Below, one piece after another: positions 1-11,507 of a DNA stretch of 64,000 nucleotides (within the stretch, counting starts at the first letter, position 1; each line of letters opens with the position of its first letter). The translations under genes were made by a program, and so were the position numbers. Below the pieces are notes generated by a model, which saw only the letters and a program-made list of their open reading frames with translations, was not told the DNA's origin and did no database searches. Origin of the DNA: Epithemia pelagica (taxonomy: Eukaryota; Protista; Bacillariophyta); the NCBI GenBank assembly GCA_946965045.2, contig OX337240.1:2976001-3040000 (forward strand). The letters are read 5' to 3'.

Positions 1-21
1 TTAGGCCATCTGATTGTTCGA

Positions 22-903
22 GTGCTGGAGAAACCATGCCGCAGAGGGAAAGTACGAGTCATGGAAGAATTCACACTCGAGAATGGAGAAGAAATCAAAT
101 TGCTTCGACGAGGTGACGTTTTGGTTCAAGTTATTGACGACGGTGTCGGCATGACGCAAGAACAAGTCCGAAACGTATTCAAAGATGGAACACAATATAA
201 CTCGAACAAGTTACAAGCAGGAGGAGGGAGTGGACTTGGCTTGAATATCGCCAAGGGTATTGCCGTTGAACATCGTGGACAACTCACCTGCAATTCAGAA
301 GGAATCGGTAAAGGGGCGACCTTTACCTTGTCTCTTCCACACTACGAGGAGCAGAAAGTTGTGGTTGATCCTAGCAAGAATGACAAGGTCGGAAAGCAGA
401 AACAGATTCCAGGCAATCCTATGGGTAACTCGCGATCCACCCAAAGTGAAACTGAAGAATGCGAAGATTCGTGTGAAATCCCTCAATTCCGAATCCTGGT
501 GGTGGATGATTCAGCGACCAACCGGAAGCTCTGTATGCGATTGCTTTCCCGACATGGACACATCTGCGACGGCGCCATGGACGGTCAAGAAGGTGTAGAC
601 CGGGCACTGGAAGCTATGGATCAAGGGCACCCGTACGATTGCATCTTGTTGGACTACGAAATGCCTCGTATGAATGGCCCCAGTGCTTGCCAAGCCATGC
701 GTGAGCGTGGCTGTGATAGCTACATTGTTGGTGTCACAGGCAATGTCATGTCGGAAGATGTTGCTCATTTTAGATCCTGTGGAGCCAATTGGGTTTTACC
801 GAAGCCTTTTCAACTCGAAGCTTTGGAGCAACGGTGGGTGGAGTCCGGTCTCACACCTCACAACACTCCCAATGATATTCACAAAACTGTCCATGAGCAT
901 TAG
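22..903 (+). CDS. Hybrid histidine kinase, C-terminal part (HATPase_c + receiver); 5' end probably outside the window
   Basis: G1 box VIDDGVGM, GGSGLGL, G2 SEGIGKGATF; receiver ILVVDDS...DCILLDYEMP...LPKPF. Confidence 0.9.
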   Translation: MLEKPCRRGKVRVMEEFTLENGEEIKLLRRGDVLVQVIDDGVGMTQEQVRNVFKDGTQYNSNKLQAGGGSGLGLNIAKGIAVEHRGQLTCNSEGIGKGATFTLSLPHYEEQKVVVDPSKNDKVGKQKQIPGNPMGNSRSTQSETEECEDSCEIPQFRILVVDDSATNRKLCMRLLSRHGHICDGAMDGQEGVDRALEAMDQGHPYDCILLDYEMPRMNGPSACQAMRERGCDSYIVGVTGNVMSEDVAHFRSCGANWVLPKPFQLEALEQRWVESGLTPHNTPNDIHKTVHEH

Positions 904-2943
904 AATCGACACGAAGAACCTGCGAAACCTTCCATGGATGTTCAAGGGATATCTAATTCTCAGGTCGCATGGTGACTCCAAACTCAGTTTCTGGAGAATC
1001 AAAGTCTTCTTGAATGGAACCTTGTGACGAAAGCAAGTTCAACTTATGCCCCAGAAGGCCTTGCGCTTAGGGCTATCAAACTTAGGCACTCAGATTTTTA
1101 GCGTAGTTTCTAAAGAAGTTTAGGTGAAACTTAGGTTTTGAAGTTTAGGTAATTTAGGTAGCTCTGAAAAATGGCTACTTCCCTCAACTACACGGAAGAT
1201 CACTGGACGTTGACACCAACAACCAACATTCACAGACAGGCATTCAATTTATAGGCTAAATATTTAAAGGACCACCCGAAACTTCGGTAGGGCAAAAGCA
1301 GCAACATGAAACTTTGGATAAACTTAGGTACCGAAGTTTAGGACAAGAAACTTCGACGATGAAACTTGATACCTATACTTGCGCTTTGCGACTGTTGAAA
1401 CACACGATGGCCAAAGGATGGATACGTTTGTCAAACGAGGCAAGCCGCTCGTTAGACCATACCGTTGTTCCATTTTCGAGAGTAAAATTGAAGATCTGAT
1501 TGGTTTACATTTTTCTTCCAGTAACATGGAAACACGTTGTCGACCGTTGTGGTTAGTCCACACTGTCATACAACCTACATGTCCTAGCATCAACAAAATG
1601 ATGTAATATTAGAAAGATAGATGGAACCAGTGACCAATAGGAGCAGTTTTAACAAGCCCTAGTAATGAATGGTTGCGCAAGAGAATGATAAGGTGTCAAT
1701 AGTAAATCAGCTTTCCATCCGCCTGTCTTAGGTGACCTTTCCAGGACAAACTCCCCGCAAAACGTAAGAAGTTGTCAATATGAGCTGGGAAATATGATCT
1801 TTTCTTTTTAAGAAACCCCGAACCTGACCAGGACTGTTACCTGTTATGTTTCCGTTCATTGAATCACCATGGACTCCACGGAAGAACTAAAATTCCTGCC
1901 TGTGCATCCTAGATCCTAGCTGATACAAATAATAGAAGCATCCGAGATCCGAGATCCGAGATCTAGGCATCAAAACATGCATGGACACGAACATTACGGC
2001 TGTCGAACTCGTAGTCATCACCGGTGGAGAGTGGAGAGTGGAGATTGACAGTCGAGAGCAGCGAGCTTGTAGATTGTAGATCTAATGACTTCGCCCTACA
2101 TTCTACACCAAAATGACTGATAATACTTGGTAATTCGAGCTGGTGGCGAGTGGCGAACCTTCCTGTTCTTGTTCGAAAAAGACCAATGCTGTCCATTTTT
2201 TGTCTGCTCACCTTGAATTCTGTGGTGGATTTGGGATGTCGTCTCTTTAATATTGTCCTATCCTTTGTCATTTGTCATGTAACAGCCTCAGGATCTGTTC
2301 GTCGCCGTTCCTGGCTCACTGAATACTGAATGACTTCGATAACAAGAAGTGTTATCGGTTATCGGTTATCGGTTGTCCGTTATCGTTGATATTGACAACT
2401 GAGGAAGTATTCTGAAATAATAATCTTGTTACTTGTTACTTCGATTTTTGGTTCATTTTTCATTTTCCCTTTTTCCCGATAAAATAATTGTGGAGACAAA
2501 GAAAAAATATTACTATGGTGCCGGAATGTGGAATGCACAACATGATCCTGATGATGATGTGTCAATTGAGCTTTCTTCCCGTTCTGTCTGTAGGTACAGT
2601 CACTGGTTAGCCTGGGTACCGAGCGGTACTTCGAGATAGACTTTTCATTTAATATCTTTTTCATAAACGGATCGTATCGAACATCGGAACTCGGAACATG
2701 AAACAGCAACCCCCCAGGGGCGACCAAAACGAACAAAAAATCAGCCGGGAGCCTCATTTTTTCAGAAGACCGACTAACAAATTCTTCTCAAGCCAATGAA
2801 GGAAGTTGGATTGGGAAATTGCTCTCTTCTTCCTATTAGAAAAATACAAACGTTGTGGCCATCCTCATAGCGCTTTTCTCATAATTTGATCTCTGGACTA
2901 CCTGGTCCTTGGTATTATCATTGCATTATCACACTTTGCGAAT

Positions 2944-4371
2944 ATGTCGCATGCGGATGATTCTCGTGGCGAGAGGTTAATCGCATCACCTCTTTCTGAC
3001 CATGGTGATGACCCCCCGTCTTCGTTGGTGGAATCTACAGGTTCTTCCCAACAGCATGTTGTTGTCGAGATTGTTCAGAGGCCCAAGAGGCCCCTCTCTG
3101 CCTATAATTTATTCTTTCAAGATGAACGTCAAAAGTTACTGGCCGAGCTTCCGGTCCGCCCCGAAGGCGTCCCGCTCCGTCGTGGACATGGTAAGATTGG
3201 ATTTTCGGCAATGGCCAAGACGATTGCCGCTCGGTGGAAGGCAATTGATGGGGCTGGCAAGGAAAAGTATCAAGCGTTGGCCCAGCACGAAAAAGCTCGT
3301 TACAAGACCAATCTTAGCAACTGGAAGAGGCTTTTGAGAAAGAACCCCGAGAAGAAAGCGATTCACTCGTCCGCCACCAAGAAACAAGAAGAACGCTTGT
3401 CGCTGCCAGTTGTTGTCCCTTCCTCTTCCCTGGCACCGATCAGATTGCGAGAAGAAAATGGGGGTATTATCAATAGCCATCGACGAGCATCCTTGCCACT
3501 CATGCCTCTCCCAGCACCGGAAAATGATAACAAGAAAACGATTGTAGAAGATGTATCCACAAGCCTTGGATTGGATCCGGAAACTACAAGCTTTGTATAT
3601 CGTCTTGCCACAAACAATGAAGCTCACTCTGATACAGGAGGGCTAATGGGCTTTAGCACAACTCCACCGAGCGGAGGCAATGTTGTACGACCTTTTGCAC
3701 AAGTCAACAGGCCCTCACCCATTTCCATGGAGAGCGACCAAACTATTACGACCTTCGACTCAGTTTCTTCGGACTCCATGACCAGAATGTTTCCACCGGC
3801 CAATGCTTGTACGCAATCCTGTTCGAGTCCGTTATATCCTGTCCATCAAGACATTGCTACCACCACTGGTGTTGCACCAATGACTCTACAAGGAATTGCT
3901 CGCTCGTTGCCCGTACCCTTTTCTCAGGGTCTACAGCAGTACCAGGAGAGGACTAACAGGGACAATCTTGTGAGTGTGAACCACTCACATTCTTCTTCAT
4001 TTTCAAGGTGTTCTGGTCATGGAGAGCTAGGGAAAGGCGGCGATTTTCAGCCGTTGTCGGCTTTTCCATCTCAAGCGGGACTGGTGACAAACGACGACAT
4101 GATCCAAAATGACGAAGGAGCAGGATTATTCCTACCTTATACGCCAGCGTTCATTTCCCCAACAACAAGAGAACATCTCATGGTGGAGGAAAACAAGAAT
4201 GGTGTGATTGGTCAATGTTCGACTTCTTGTAGTGACGACCACCATGACAGGAGGACCGCGAAAATGTTTTCGTTCCAAAAAGGCCAAGACAATCGGCATG
4301 CACTCATGACAAAAATGGGCAGCGAGACATGGAACAATTTTGTCAATCTGTTTTGTCCGGACAAATATTGA
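2944..4371 (+). CDS. HMG-box transcription factor
   Basis: RPKRPLSAYNLFFQDER...GFSAMAKTIAARWKAID...KYQALAQHEKARY; long low-complexity tail. Confidence 0.9.
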   Translation: MSHADDSRGERLIASPLSDHGDDPPSSLVESTGSSQQHVVVEIVQRPKRPLSAYNLFFQDERQKLLAELPVRPEGVPLRRGHGKIGFSAMAKTIAARWKAIDGAGKEKYQALAQHEKARYKTNLSNWKRLLRKNPEKKAIHSSATKKQEERLSLPVVVPSSSLAPIRLREENGGIINSHRRASLPLMPLPAPENDNKKTIVEDVSTSLGLDPETTSFVYRLATNNEAHSDTGGLMGFSTTPPSGGNVVRPFAQVNRPSPISMESDQTITTFDSVSSDSMTRMFPPANACTQSCSSPLYPVHQDIATTTGVAPMTLQGIARSLPVPFSQGLQQYQERTNRDNLVSVNHSHSSSFSRCSGHGELGKGGDFQPLSAFPSQAGLVTNDDMIQNDEGAGLFLPYTPAFISPTTREHLMVEENKNGVIGQCSTSCSDDHHDRRTAKMFSFQKGQDNRHALMTKMGSETWNNFVNLFCPDKY

Positions 4372-4804
4372 TCGTTGCCCCATCCCCCACTCATGTTTTG
4401 TCCAAATCTGTATTCAAGTCTTGCTGAGGAAAATTTGTTTCATCCCATGGTTCTTTTGATCAATGATACATAGTTAACCATCTCTAATTCTCATTCTTTC
4501 CGTCAATGAGGATCGTTTCCGAACACAAACAGAAAAGCATCGCCTTGTTCGTTGTTTGTGTTCTAATTTGAAGCAACGCTAGTTTGAGTCGCAACTAAGC
4601 CACTTGACAAAAGCAAGTCTAGTCATGACACCGGTCGCCTGGAGCTGGATCACTACTCCTGGATCGGACGCTGGTTCAGGTGATATTGAATATGTAATAT
4701 GTACCGATGGGCTGCCATCCACCCTTCTTCCATTCGTGTTGCACTATCGACATTAGATATCGTGTGGTTGCGACCTGTCCCCTGTCGCAGAAATACCATA
4801 TACT

Positions 4805-6011
4805 ATGGCCTTTAGTCATAGCTCAGAGTTCACGATGCAAGAACAAGCACAACAATCGGGCTTTGTCTTTTTGGACAAGACAGCAGTATGGAATGAAGAG
4901 GACTGGCCTCCTCTTGTCGGAGGAGGGCTATATGATCATGCTTTGGTCGTGCTGGATCATCCCGATAACAACAACAACGAACCAAGCAGCAAACGGTCGT
5001 TGTGTTGGGAGGAAAGCAAGGCAATAGTGCCACCAATTCCGTTATGTTGTTGAATTTAGCAGAACCAAACAAGCGTTGGAGACACGGGACGTACATGAAT
5101 AAGGGACGTTATGGACATGCGGCTGTTGTGTGTAATGGAGGTGTCTACGTAATTGGAGGAACCGATGGAAGTTCCACGTTCGATTGTATCGAACGGATGG
5201 ACGTTAATGGTTTGCAGCGGCAATCGTCCCTACTAAGAAGGAAGCTCTATTGGACGACCTTGGATTGTCGATTGTCAACCGGTCGAGAGGGGTTTTGTGC
5301 GGCTGCGGTTCACAATCGATACATTGTGATCATGGGTGGACTGCGTGTGGGGCAAAGGCACCTGCAAATGCGGGGGCGAAGATCGGTGGAAATTCTGGAT
5401 ACCAGAAACCATACTGTCACAGTGGGGCCAAGAATCAACGTTCCTCGTCATTCGACACCGCATATTTGTGGTGGGAGGCTACAGCGATCACCCCCTTCTC
5501 TCTCTCGATACAGGAGGAGGTCTCGGTCCACTCAGATCACTCCGCAAAGGTGGCAAGAAATATCGCACAAAACAATGTTACGACGTTCATTCGGTCGAGT
5601 ATTTGGATTTTCCGAATCCTTGTGGCATTGAAGAATCCGAATCCTTGTGGCATTGAAGAGGAGACTGCTGCCTCTACAGTCATTTCCTCCTTGTCCCCAT
5701 GGACGATACACTCCGATTTGTCACTTTCCATAGAACGAATGATAGCAGTGGGATCCTGTCTGGTCCCACCCTTTCAAGGGCCCCGATATTGCTGTAGTTT
5801 GGTGACTCTGGCGGATCGAATTGCAATGATTGGTGGATCCGACAATCCTTCCTGTGCGACATTATCCGTAGTGGACAAGCATACCTGGTGCTTTCGGCGA
5901 CTACTCAATGAACCGCAGTCGAACCGATTGTATCATTCTCTGAACGAATTGTCGGGGAAGCGAGAGGATGACAATGGTACCTGCCAGGAGAAAGGCAAGG
6001 ATGAAACTTGA
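4805..6011 (+). pseudogene. Kelch-repeat protein, frameshifted
   Basis: Kelch motifs (GRYGHAAVVCNGGVYVIGG, YIVIMGG, IFVVGG, IAMIGG) spread over ORFs 4805-5053, 5002-5631 and 5250-6011; a 25-bp tandem duplication at 5611-5659 shifts the frame. Confidence 0.75.
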
Positions 6012-7868
6012 AATGCGCAACATGTTTCACGTATCTCCTACTACAATGGCGAGACTATAGAATAATCATTTGGCTCTCAAACAACAGTTGTCTTGTTCTC
6101 TGCATCGAACTGCAACCTATTGTGATATCCTTGTAGTAGAAACTGTGATATGGCGTGAGCAGGACAATGTCGTCCTCCGCAAGCTCGCGGTGCGGTACAG
6201 CACCATTCGTGGGTGCCTGATGACAATGGTACCATTTCTCTCTGGTGGCGTGGTGTTGAATCGATTGGATCATCTCTTGCTATGGAACAGGTCGTCATGG
6301 ATTCTTCCAACTAATACACGGAACAATGGTTCCATGCGGAACGGAGGACGAGCGTTTGCAGGATGCATTCCGACAGGAATGGTGTGCCAAGGACGTGTGC
6401 TTAAGTCCCAATCCTCCATCACACATCGCCCCCGACTGTGTTGCCCTCCAGTCATTTGGTAAGAGACTCCACAGTCGCCCTCCAGGTACCCACACTGTCT
6501 CCAGCATTATGACGAATCCAACACGTTGGGCCCCTGTGGAGTTCGACACACACCATCCAGTCATTTGTGATACTGCATCACCAGTTCGACATCAGTGGTT
6601 ACCAAGCAGAACTGCGGGTGCCTTCCAAGTTCCTACTCCACCACCAACAGTTCAAAGACATATGAATTGTGCATGTCCTAGTATCGACACACCACACACA
6701 AGGCTTGGCTAATGGCTATGCGAACAACTCCATTCAAAGCAGAAAGGAAACCGGTGCACGTGCAAGAGAGCTCGAGGTAGGTCGATTCTTGAATGGGTGT
6801 GCGTGATTGCGACAGTGCGGCTGCCATTCGTGTCACCATCACACTCCTCTCGTATATAGTGTGGTACATGTCCTCCTTGCAAGGTTCGTCGTGCCACCAC
6901 CCATCACCCACCATTCGTGCGGCTGCTCTCACACACACACTGCGCCATTGGATGGATGGATCCATCCAATCGAGAGAGGACTCTACCAACCAATCATGCG
7001 TGCACGACGCCATCTCTACCCCCCGAAGAACGGACGGATCGAGAGCAGTGTTTGCCCCAGAGCCGAACCGAACCGAACCGAACCGAACTGCTCAGTTTCG
7101 TTTCGTCTTGTACCAGAGGCCTTTGTGGTGGTTGGTTGGGACACGAATATCTAGCACTCCCCATGACACAGCGCTATTGGATTTGCTCGAGTTTTGGATC
7201 CACGGGCGAGAGAGCGCGGTTCCACATGACACGACAGTTTCGACATCCCAACCCATTGCCAATATTGTAGGACTTTTTTGGGGTGTGCACCGTTTGGATC
7301 GATCCGTGACACTTTTTAGGATGGTATGATGGAACCAGCCACTTTTGCAACTGTGCCGACACGTGTGTGGTGGTTCGTTCTCGAGTGTTGGTGGTCGCAT
7401 CGTGTCGTTGTCTGGGTGGTACAACCCACCCCCAAGAGTCGTAGTAGAGGCTTGTGATTCGTTTTTTCACGGACGACGGTTGCGAATGGTTGTCATGGAT
7501 CCTCTCCCAACAACCGAACAAGAGAGACGAGATCCCACATCACCACGGTGTGTGTGTGGTCCATTGGCTCGCTCGGAGAGGTCCAGCCGTTGGTTGTCGT
7601 CGTCGTCGTCCTTGGTTGTGGTCCGGCAAGTTTCCTCTTGTCCTCGAGTCTTTTTTGCGCGGTTGTCCCAAACAATTGCGAGTATTCATCCCTGTGGTCC
7701 TCTCTCGTCGTTTGTTTGTTTTGCCATTGCCCAGAGGAAAAGATCCCGAAGCCAACGATCCCCTGAGGCCGTGTCACGGAGTCTATGTGCGATGCAACGT
7801 ACTACTGACAGACAGTCCTGCGGCGCCCGCCGGACGGATGGACCGGCAGACTCTCTGTCTGTGTCGCA

Positions 7869-10745
7869 ATGCTCACCATCACCATGACCATTGACCATGA
7901 CAGTGTGACAATCCACACAACCGCAACCGCAAACCGAGACCCAAAGAAGAGAACGACGCATTCCATTGTTGCCAGTGTTGAATCCTTTCTCTTTCTTATT
8001 TCTCCAAAGCACAGCTGGCGCCCTCGGACTCTCTCTCTGGTGTGTGTCAACACACACGCACACACAAAAAGCGAGAGACACATGGTTGGTGTGACCAACA
8101 CAAGGACACGAGAGAGAGAGCGAACGAGACAAGGAACCATGAAGGACGAGGACGAGGAACACCCCATGGTCACCTTGTCCCAACTCTTGTACGGTTCGCG
8201 ACATGAAGAAGAAGAACAACCGCAGGAAGAAGAAGAACATGAAGAAACTGCCACAAAGGAGGATCGACTAGAAAAGAACCAAGAGAATCTGGAACAAGAC
8301 GACGACGCAGAAGAAGAACGGGCTCGTCACGAAGCTGCCTTTTGGTCGTCGTTGTCTCCCAATACTACGAATGACGACCACACACCCCATACGGCCGCCT
8401 ATATCCAATGGTTGCAAGAACAGCTGGTTCCATCCCACTCCACCACAACTGCCGAAAATGCCACTCCCATTGTGAACTTGGCCGACTTGCGCAAAACGGC
8501 CTCGTCCTTGGGCTTGCCCGAAGGTCGATCTCGCGCCGTCGCTTGGCGTGTCTTGACGGGCTATTTGCCCGTGGCTACCAGCGAATGGGCGGCGGCACTC
8601 GTCGAGCAACGACTGGCCTATCACGAAACCTGTCACCGCTGGTTTACCGGTGGCGATTGGACCCGAGGCTACCGACTCAGTGCCAAGGGTGGACGACGAC
8701 GACGACGATCCACCACAAATGACAACAACGACGAGGAACCACCACTCGCCCAGGAACAAGAAACGGAAGAATTGCAAATCAATACCGATCACGACTATCA
8801 ATCCTTTTCGGTGTCCGTCTTGCCCAAACCCAATTCGCCTACAGAAAAGGATGCCACGACGGGAGGAGTGACCATTCCTTCCACCGCCAAGGACGACACG
8901 AACAAAACGAGCAACGACACCAACAACGACATTCCCTGGAAGGAGATTCGACACGTGTGGACGGTGGAACGGGGCAAGGATTGGCACATTTTGCAATCCT
9001 TGCAACACTCGCGCAATGCCCTCCAATGGCCCAAACGAAACCGACCAGTACCACAACAAGAAACACAGCACCAGCAACCAGAACAACAACAACAACAACA
9101 AGATCCTGCACTGGCTACCAACACCAAGGAGAAGAAACCGGAACAGGATACCGTCTCGCAACCAACACAAGAACAAGAACAAGAACAAAAAGAAGAAGAA
9201 CAACCTGAACCCACAATGCCAGCATCAACACCAGAACCATCTTCTCCTTCTTCCTCCTTGTCGGTTGCCGAATTTTGTCACGCCCTTCAATTGTTGGATG
9301 AAATTCACAAGGATGTCATTCGTACCCATGCCGACTTGTCCTTCTTTTTGCATCCCCATGAACACGTGGGACAACGACGACAAGCGGCCTTGGAACGTAT
9401 TTTGTTTGTCTGGAGTTGGCACCACGACGGCTGTTATGTGCAAGGCATGAATGAATTGGTGGCCGTCCTCTATCATGTTCTGTGTCATGATGATCATGAG
9501 GAATCGGACGGCACTCCACATGATTCCTCGTCATATGATTGGTCCAGTCAAGCCGAAGCCGATACCCATGCCTTGCTGTCCCGACTCTTGGATCCCACGC
9601 ATGGCGTCGGGTCCATGTATTTGGCCGATTGGTCTCTGCAACAGCAACAACAACAACAACAAGAATCTCAACCACAGGAACAAGCTGCCAATCAAGCCAA
9701 CGACCCAACGACAACTACGCCCACCAAGAAGGAATCCACCACTACAACATCATCCTCTCAGACAGTGTCGCCCACCACCCTCTTGATGTCGACACCCTCG
9801 CCCTCATTTGCTTCTACGACTACTACGACTTCCAGTCCTACCGCTGCCGTTGGCAGCGGCGGCATTCGCCAACGATTGACCGCCTTGCAAGACTTGTTGG
9901 CCTTGCACGATCCGGCCTTGTCGGAACACTTGCACGAATTGGGTGTGACGGATGCGAGTTTGTATGCCGTCCGCTGGTTTACCACGCTGCTCAGTCGAGA
10001 ATTTCTCTTGCCCGATACCATTCGGTTGTGGGATGCCATGTTGGCCAGTACCCACAAAGATAATTTTTTGCGACATGTCTGTCTCACGCTCCTTCTCAAT
10101 GTCCGCACCGCAGTCTTGCAGACAGCCACGGACTTTGGCACGGCCTTGCAACTCTTGCAACACTATCCACCCCTGACGGCCACGACCTGTGGCAGTATGG
10201 ATGCCTTGTTGCAATCCAGTCGCAGTCTGTATTGGTACGAGACGCAAATTACCATGGCCTGTCACAAGGCCCACATTACCCCCTACGAAGCACTCTTGGC
10301 CTTGCCCCCACCGCCCCGCATTCAAGACAGTTTGATCATGGCCTTTGGATTTGCCCAAGGTATCGTTCCTCAATCCACGGCAACGTCCAAGTCCAATTCG
10401 TCCAAATGGGGCATGCAATCGGCTCGGACCTGGTATCAACGCAACATGGCGGGATTGTTTCGCAGTGGCAGTAGTACTCTCAGTGCGACGGAGGAGGATG
10501 GATCGGCGTCGTCTGCGGTGGCGGTGGCGGTGGCGGAGGAACCAAACGTGAACGAGAGTGACGAAACCCAACCGAAGAGGGAAGAGGAAACCTTTGATTC
10601 GGACGATGATGACATCTATATGCAAGCCATTCTCAATACCACAACTCCTACCGATACGACCGATCGTACAACAACAACTTCTACTGCTACCAATCCTTTG
10701 GTCAACACGGACTTGGCGTCCGCGTTGCAGGGACTGGAAGATTGA
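7869..10745 (+). CDS. TBC-domain Rab GTPase-activating protein (TBC1D13-like); true start possibly about 8139
   Basis: RAVAWRVLTGYLP, IHKDVIRTH (R finger), YVQGMNE (Q finger), EADT, RWFTTLLSREF, TIRLWD. Confidence 0.9.
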   Translation: MLTITMTIDHDSVTIHTTATANRDPKKRTTHSIVASVESFLFLISPKHSWRPRTLSLVCVNTHAHTKSERHMVGVTNTRTRERERTRQGTMKDEDEEHPMVTLSQLLYGSRHEEEEQPQEEEEHEETATKEDRLEKNQENLEQDDDAEEERARHEAAFWSSLSPNTTNDDHTPHTAAYIQWLQEQLVPSHSTTTAENATPIVNLADLRKTASSLGLPEGRSRAVAWRVLTGYLPVATSEWAAALVEQRLAYHETCHRWFTGGDWTRGYRLSAKGGRRRRRSTTNDNNDEEPPLAQEQETEELQINTDHDYQSFSVSVLPKPNSPTEKDATTGGVTIPSTAKDDTNKTSNDTNNDIPWKEIRHVWTVERGKDWHILQSLQHSRNALQWPKRNRPVPQQETQHQQPEQQQQQQDPALATNTKEKKPEQDTVSQPTQEQEQEQKEEEQPEPTMPASTPEPSSPSSSLSVAEFCHALQLLDEIHKDVIRTHADLSFFLHPHEHVGQRRQAALERILFVWSWHHDGCYVQGMNELVAVLYHVLCHDDHEESDGTPHDSSSYDWSSQAEADTHALLSRLLDPTHGVGSMYLADWSLQQQQQQQQESQPQEQAANQANDPTTTTPTKKESTTTTSSSQTVSPTTLLMSTPSPSFASTTTTTSSPTAAVGSGGIRQRLTALQDLLALHDPALSEHLHELGVTDASLYAVRWFTTLLSREFLLPDTIRLWDAMLASTHKDNFLRHVCLTLLLNVRTAVLQTATDFGTALQLLQHYPPLTATTCGSMDALLQSSRSLYWYETQITMACHKAHITPYEALLALPPPPRIQDSLIMAFGFAQGIVPQSTATSKSNSSKWGMQSARTWYQRNMAGLFRSGSSTLSATEEDGSASSAVAVAVAEEPNVNESDETQPKREEETFDSDDDDIYMQAILNTTTPTDTTDRTTTTSTATNPLVNTDLASALQGLED

Positions 10746-11426
10746 CGGCATGATACAATATAGCGCTATATGGTTCCGAATGTTGCCTGTACACAACCGT
10801 GGATCCAAGAGGGTTTGATCGTTCTCACTACCTCACTCGTAACTAGCTAGGATATTGGAGTAAAGGTTATAGAGTCAGGATGATCCAAAGGAGAATAAAG
10901 CCTCAATTTTGTCGGATTGTCTCGTAATACTTGGTGTCTCCAAAATGGTTAGGTAGGAGTATTCGAGGAGTACAGATAACTAGGGTAGCTCTGGACCCAC
11001 CAGTACGGACGAACCCACACCAAAGAAGGAGGAGGAAACCTTTGATTCGGACGATGATGATATTTATATGCAAGCCATTCTCAATACCACAACTCCTACT
11101 GACACTACGACGGAAACCACCACTACCAATCCTTTGGTCAACACTGACTTGGCGTCCGCGTTGCAGGGACTGGAAGATTGACGGCATGATACAATATAGC
11201 GCTATATGGTTCCGAATGTTGCCTGTACACAACCGTGGATCCAAGAGGGTTTGATCGTTCTCACTACCTCGCTCGTAACTAGCTAGGATATAGGAGTAAA
11301 GGTTATAGAGTCAGGATGATCCAAAGGAGAATAAAGCCTCAATTTTGTCGGATTGCTCGTAATACTTGGTGTCTCCAAAATGGTTAGGTAGGAGTGTTCG
11401 AGGAGTACAGATAACTAGGGTAGCTC
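10584..11426 (+). repeat. Tandem duplication of the TBC 3' end and downstream flank (about 10584-10991 and 11032-11426)
   Basis: Both copies encode EETFDSDDDDIYMQAILN...LASALQGLED* followed by near-identical downstream sequence. Confidence 0.9.
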
Positions 11427-11507
11427 GGGAGTCAAAAATGGTACTAGTAGAGCTAGGGGCTTTTTTTTCCGAAACACAAAACGGAACATCTCTACCATAG
11501 ACTTGCT

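Noticed and set aside
1060-1160. True telomere or interstitial telomeric tract
   Set aside because: Motifs are not tandem TTAGGG and are separated by variable sequence
6055-7860. Numerous short overlapping ORFs
   Set aside because: No motifs; likely intergenic or 5' region of the TBC gene
8268-10808. Long minus-strand ORFs 8268-9203 and 9804-10808
   Set aside because: Antisense shadows of the TBC gene; low complexity, no motifs
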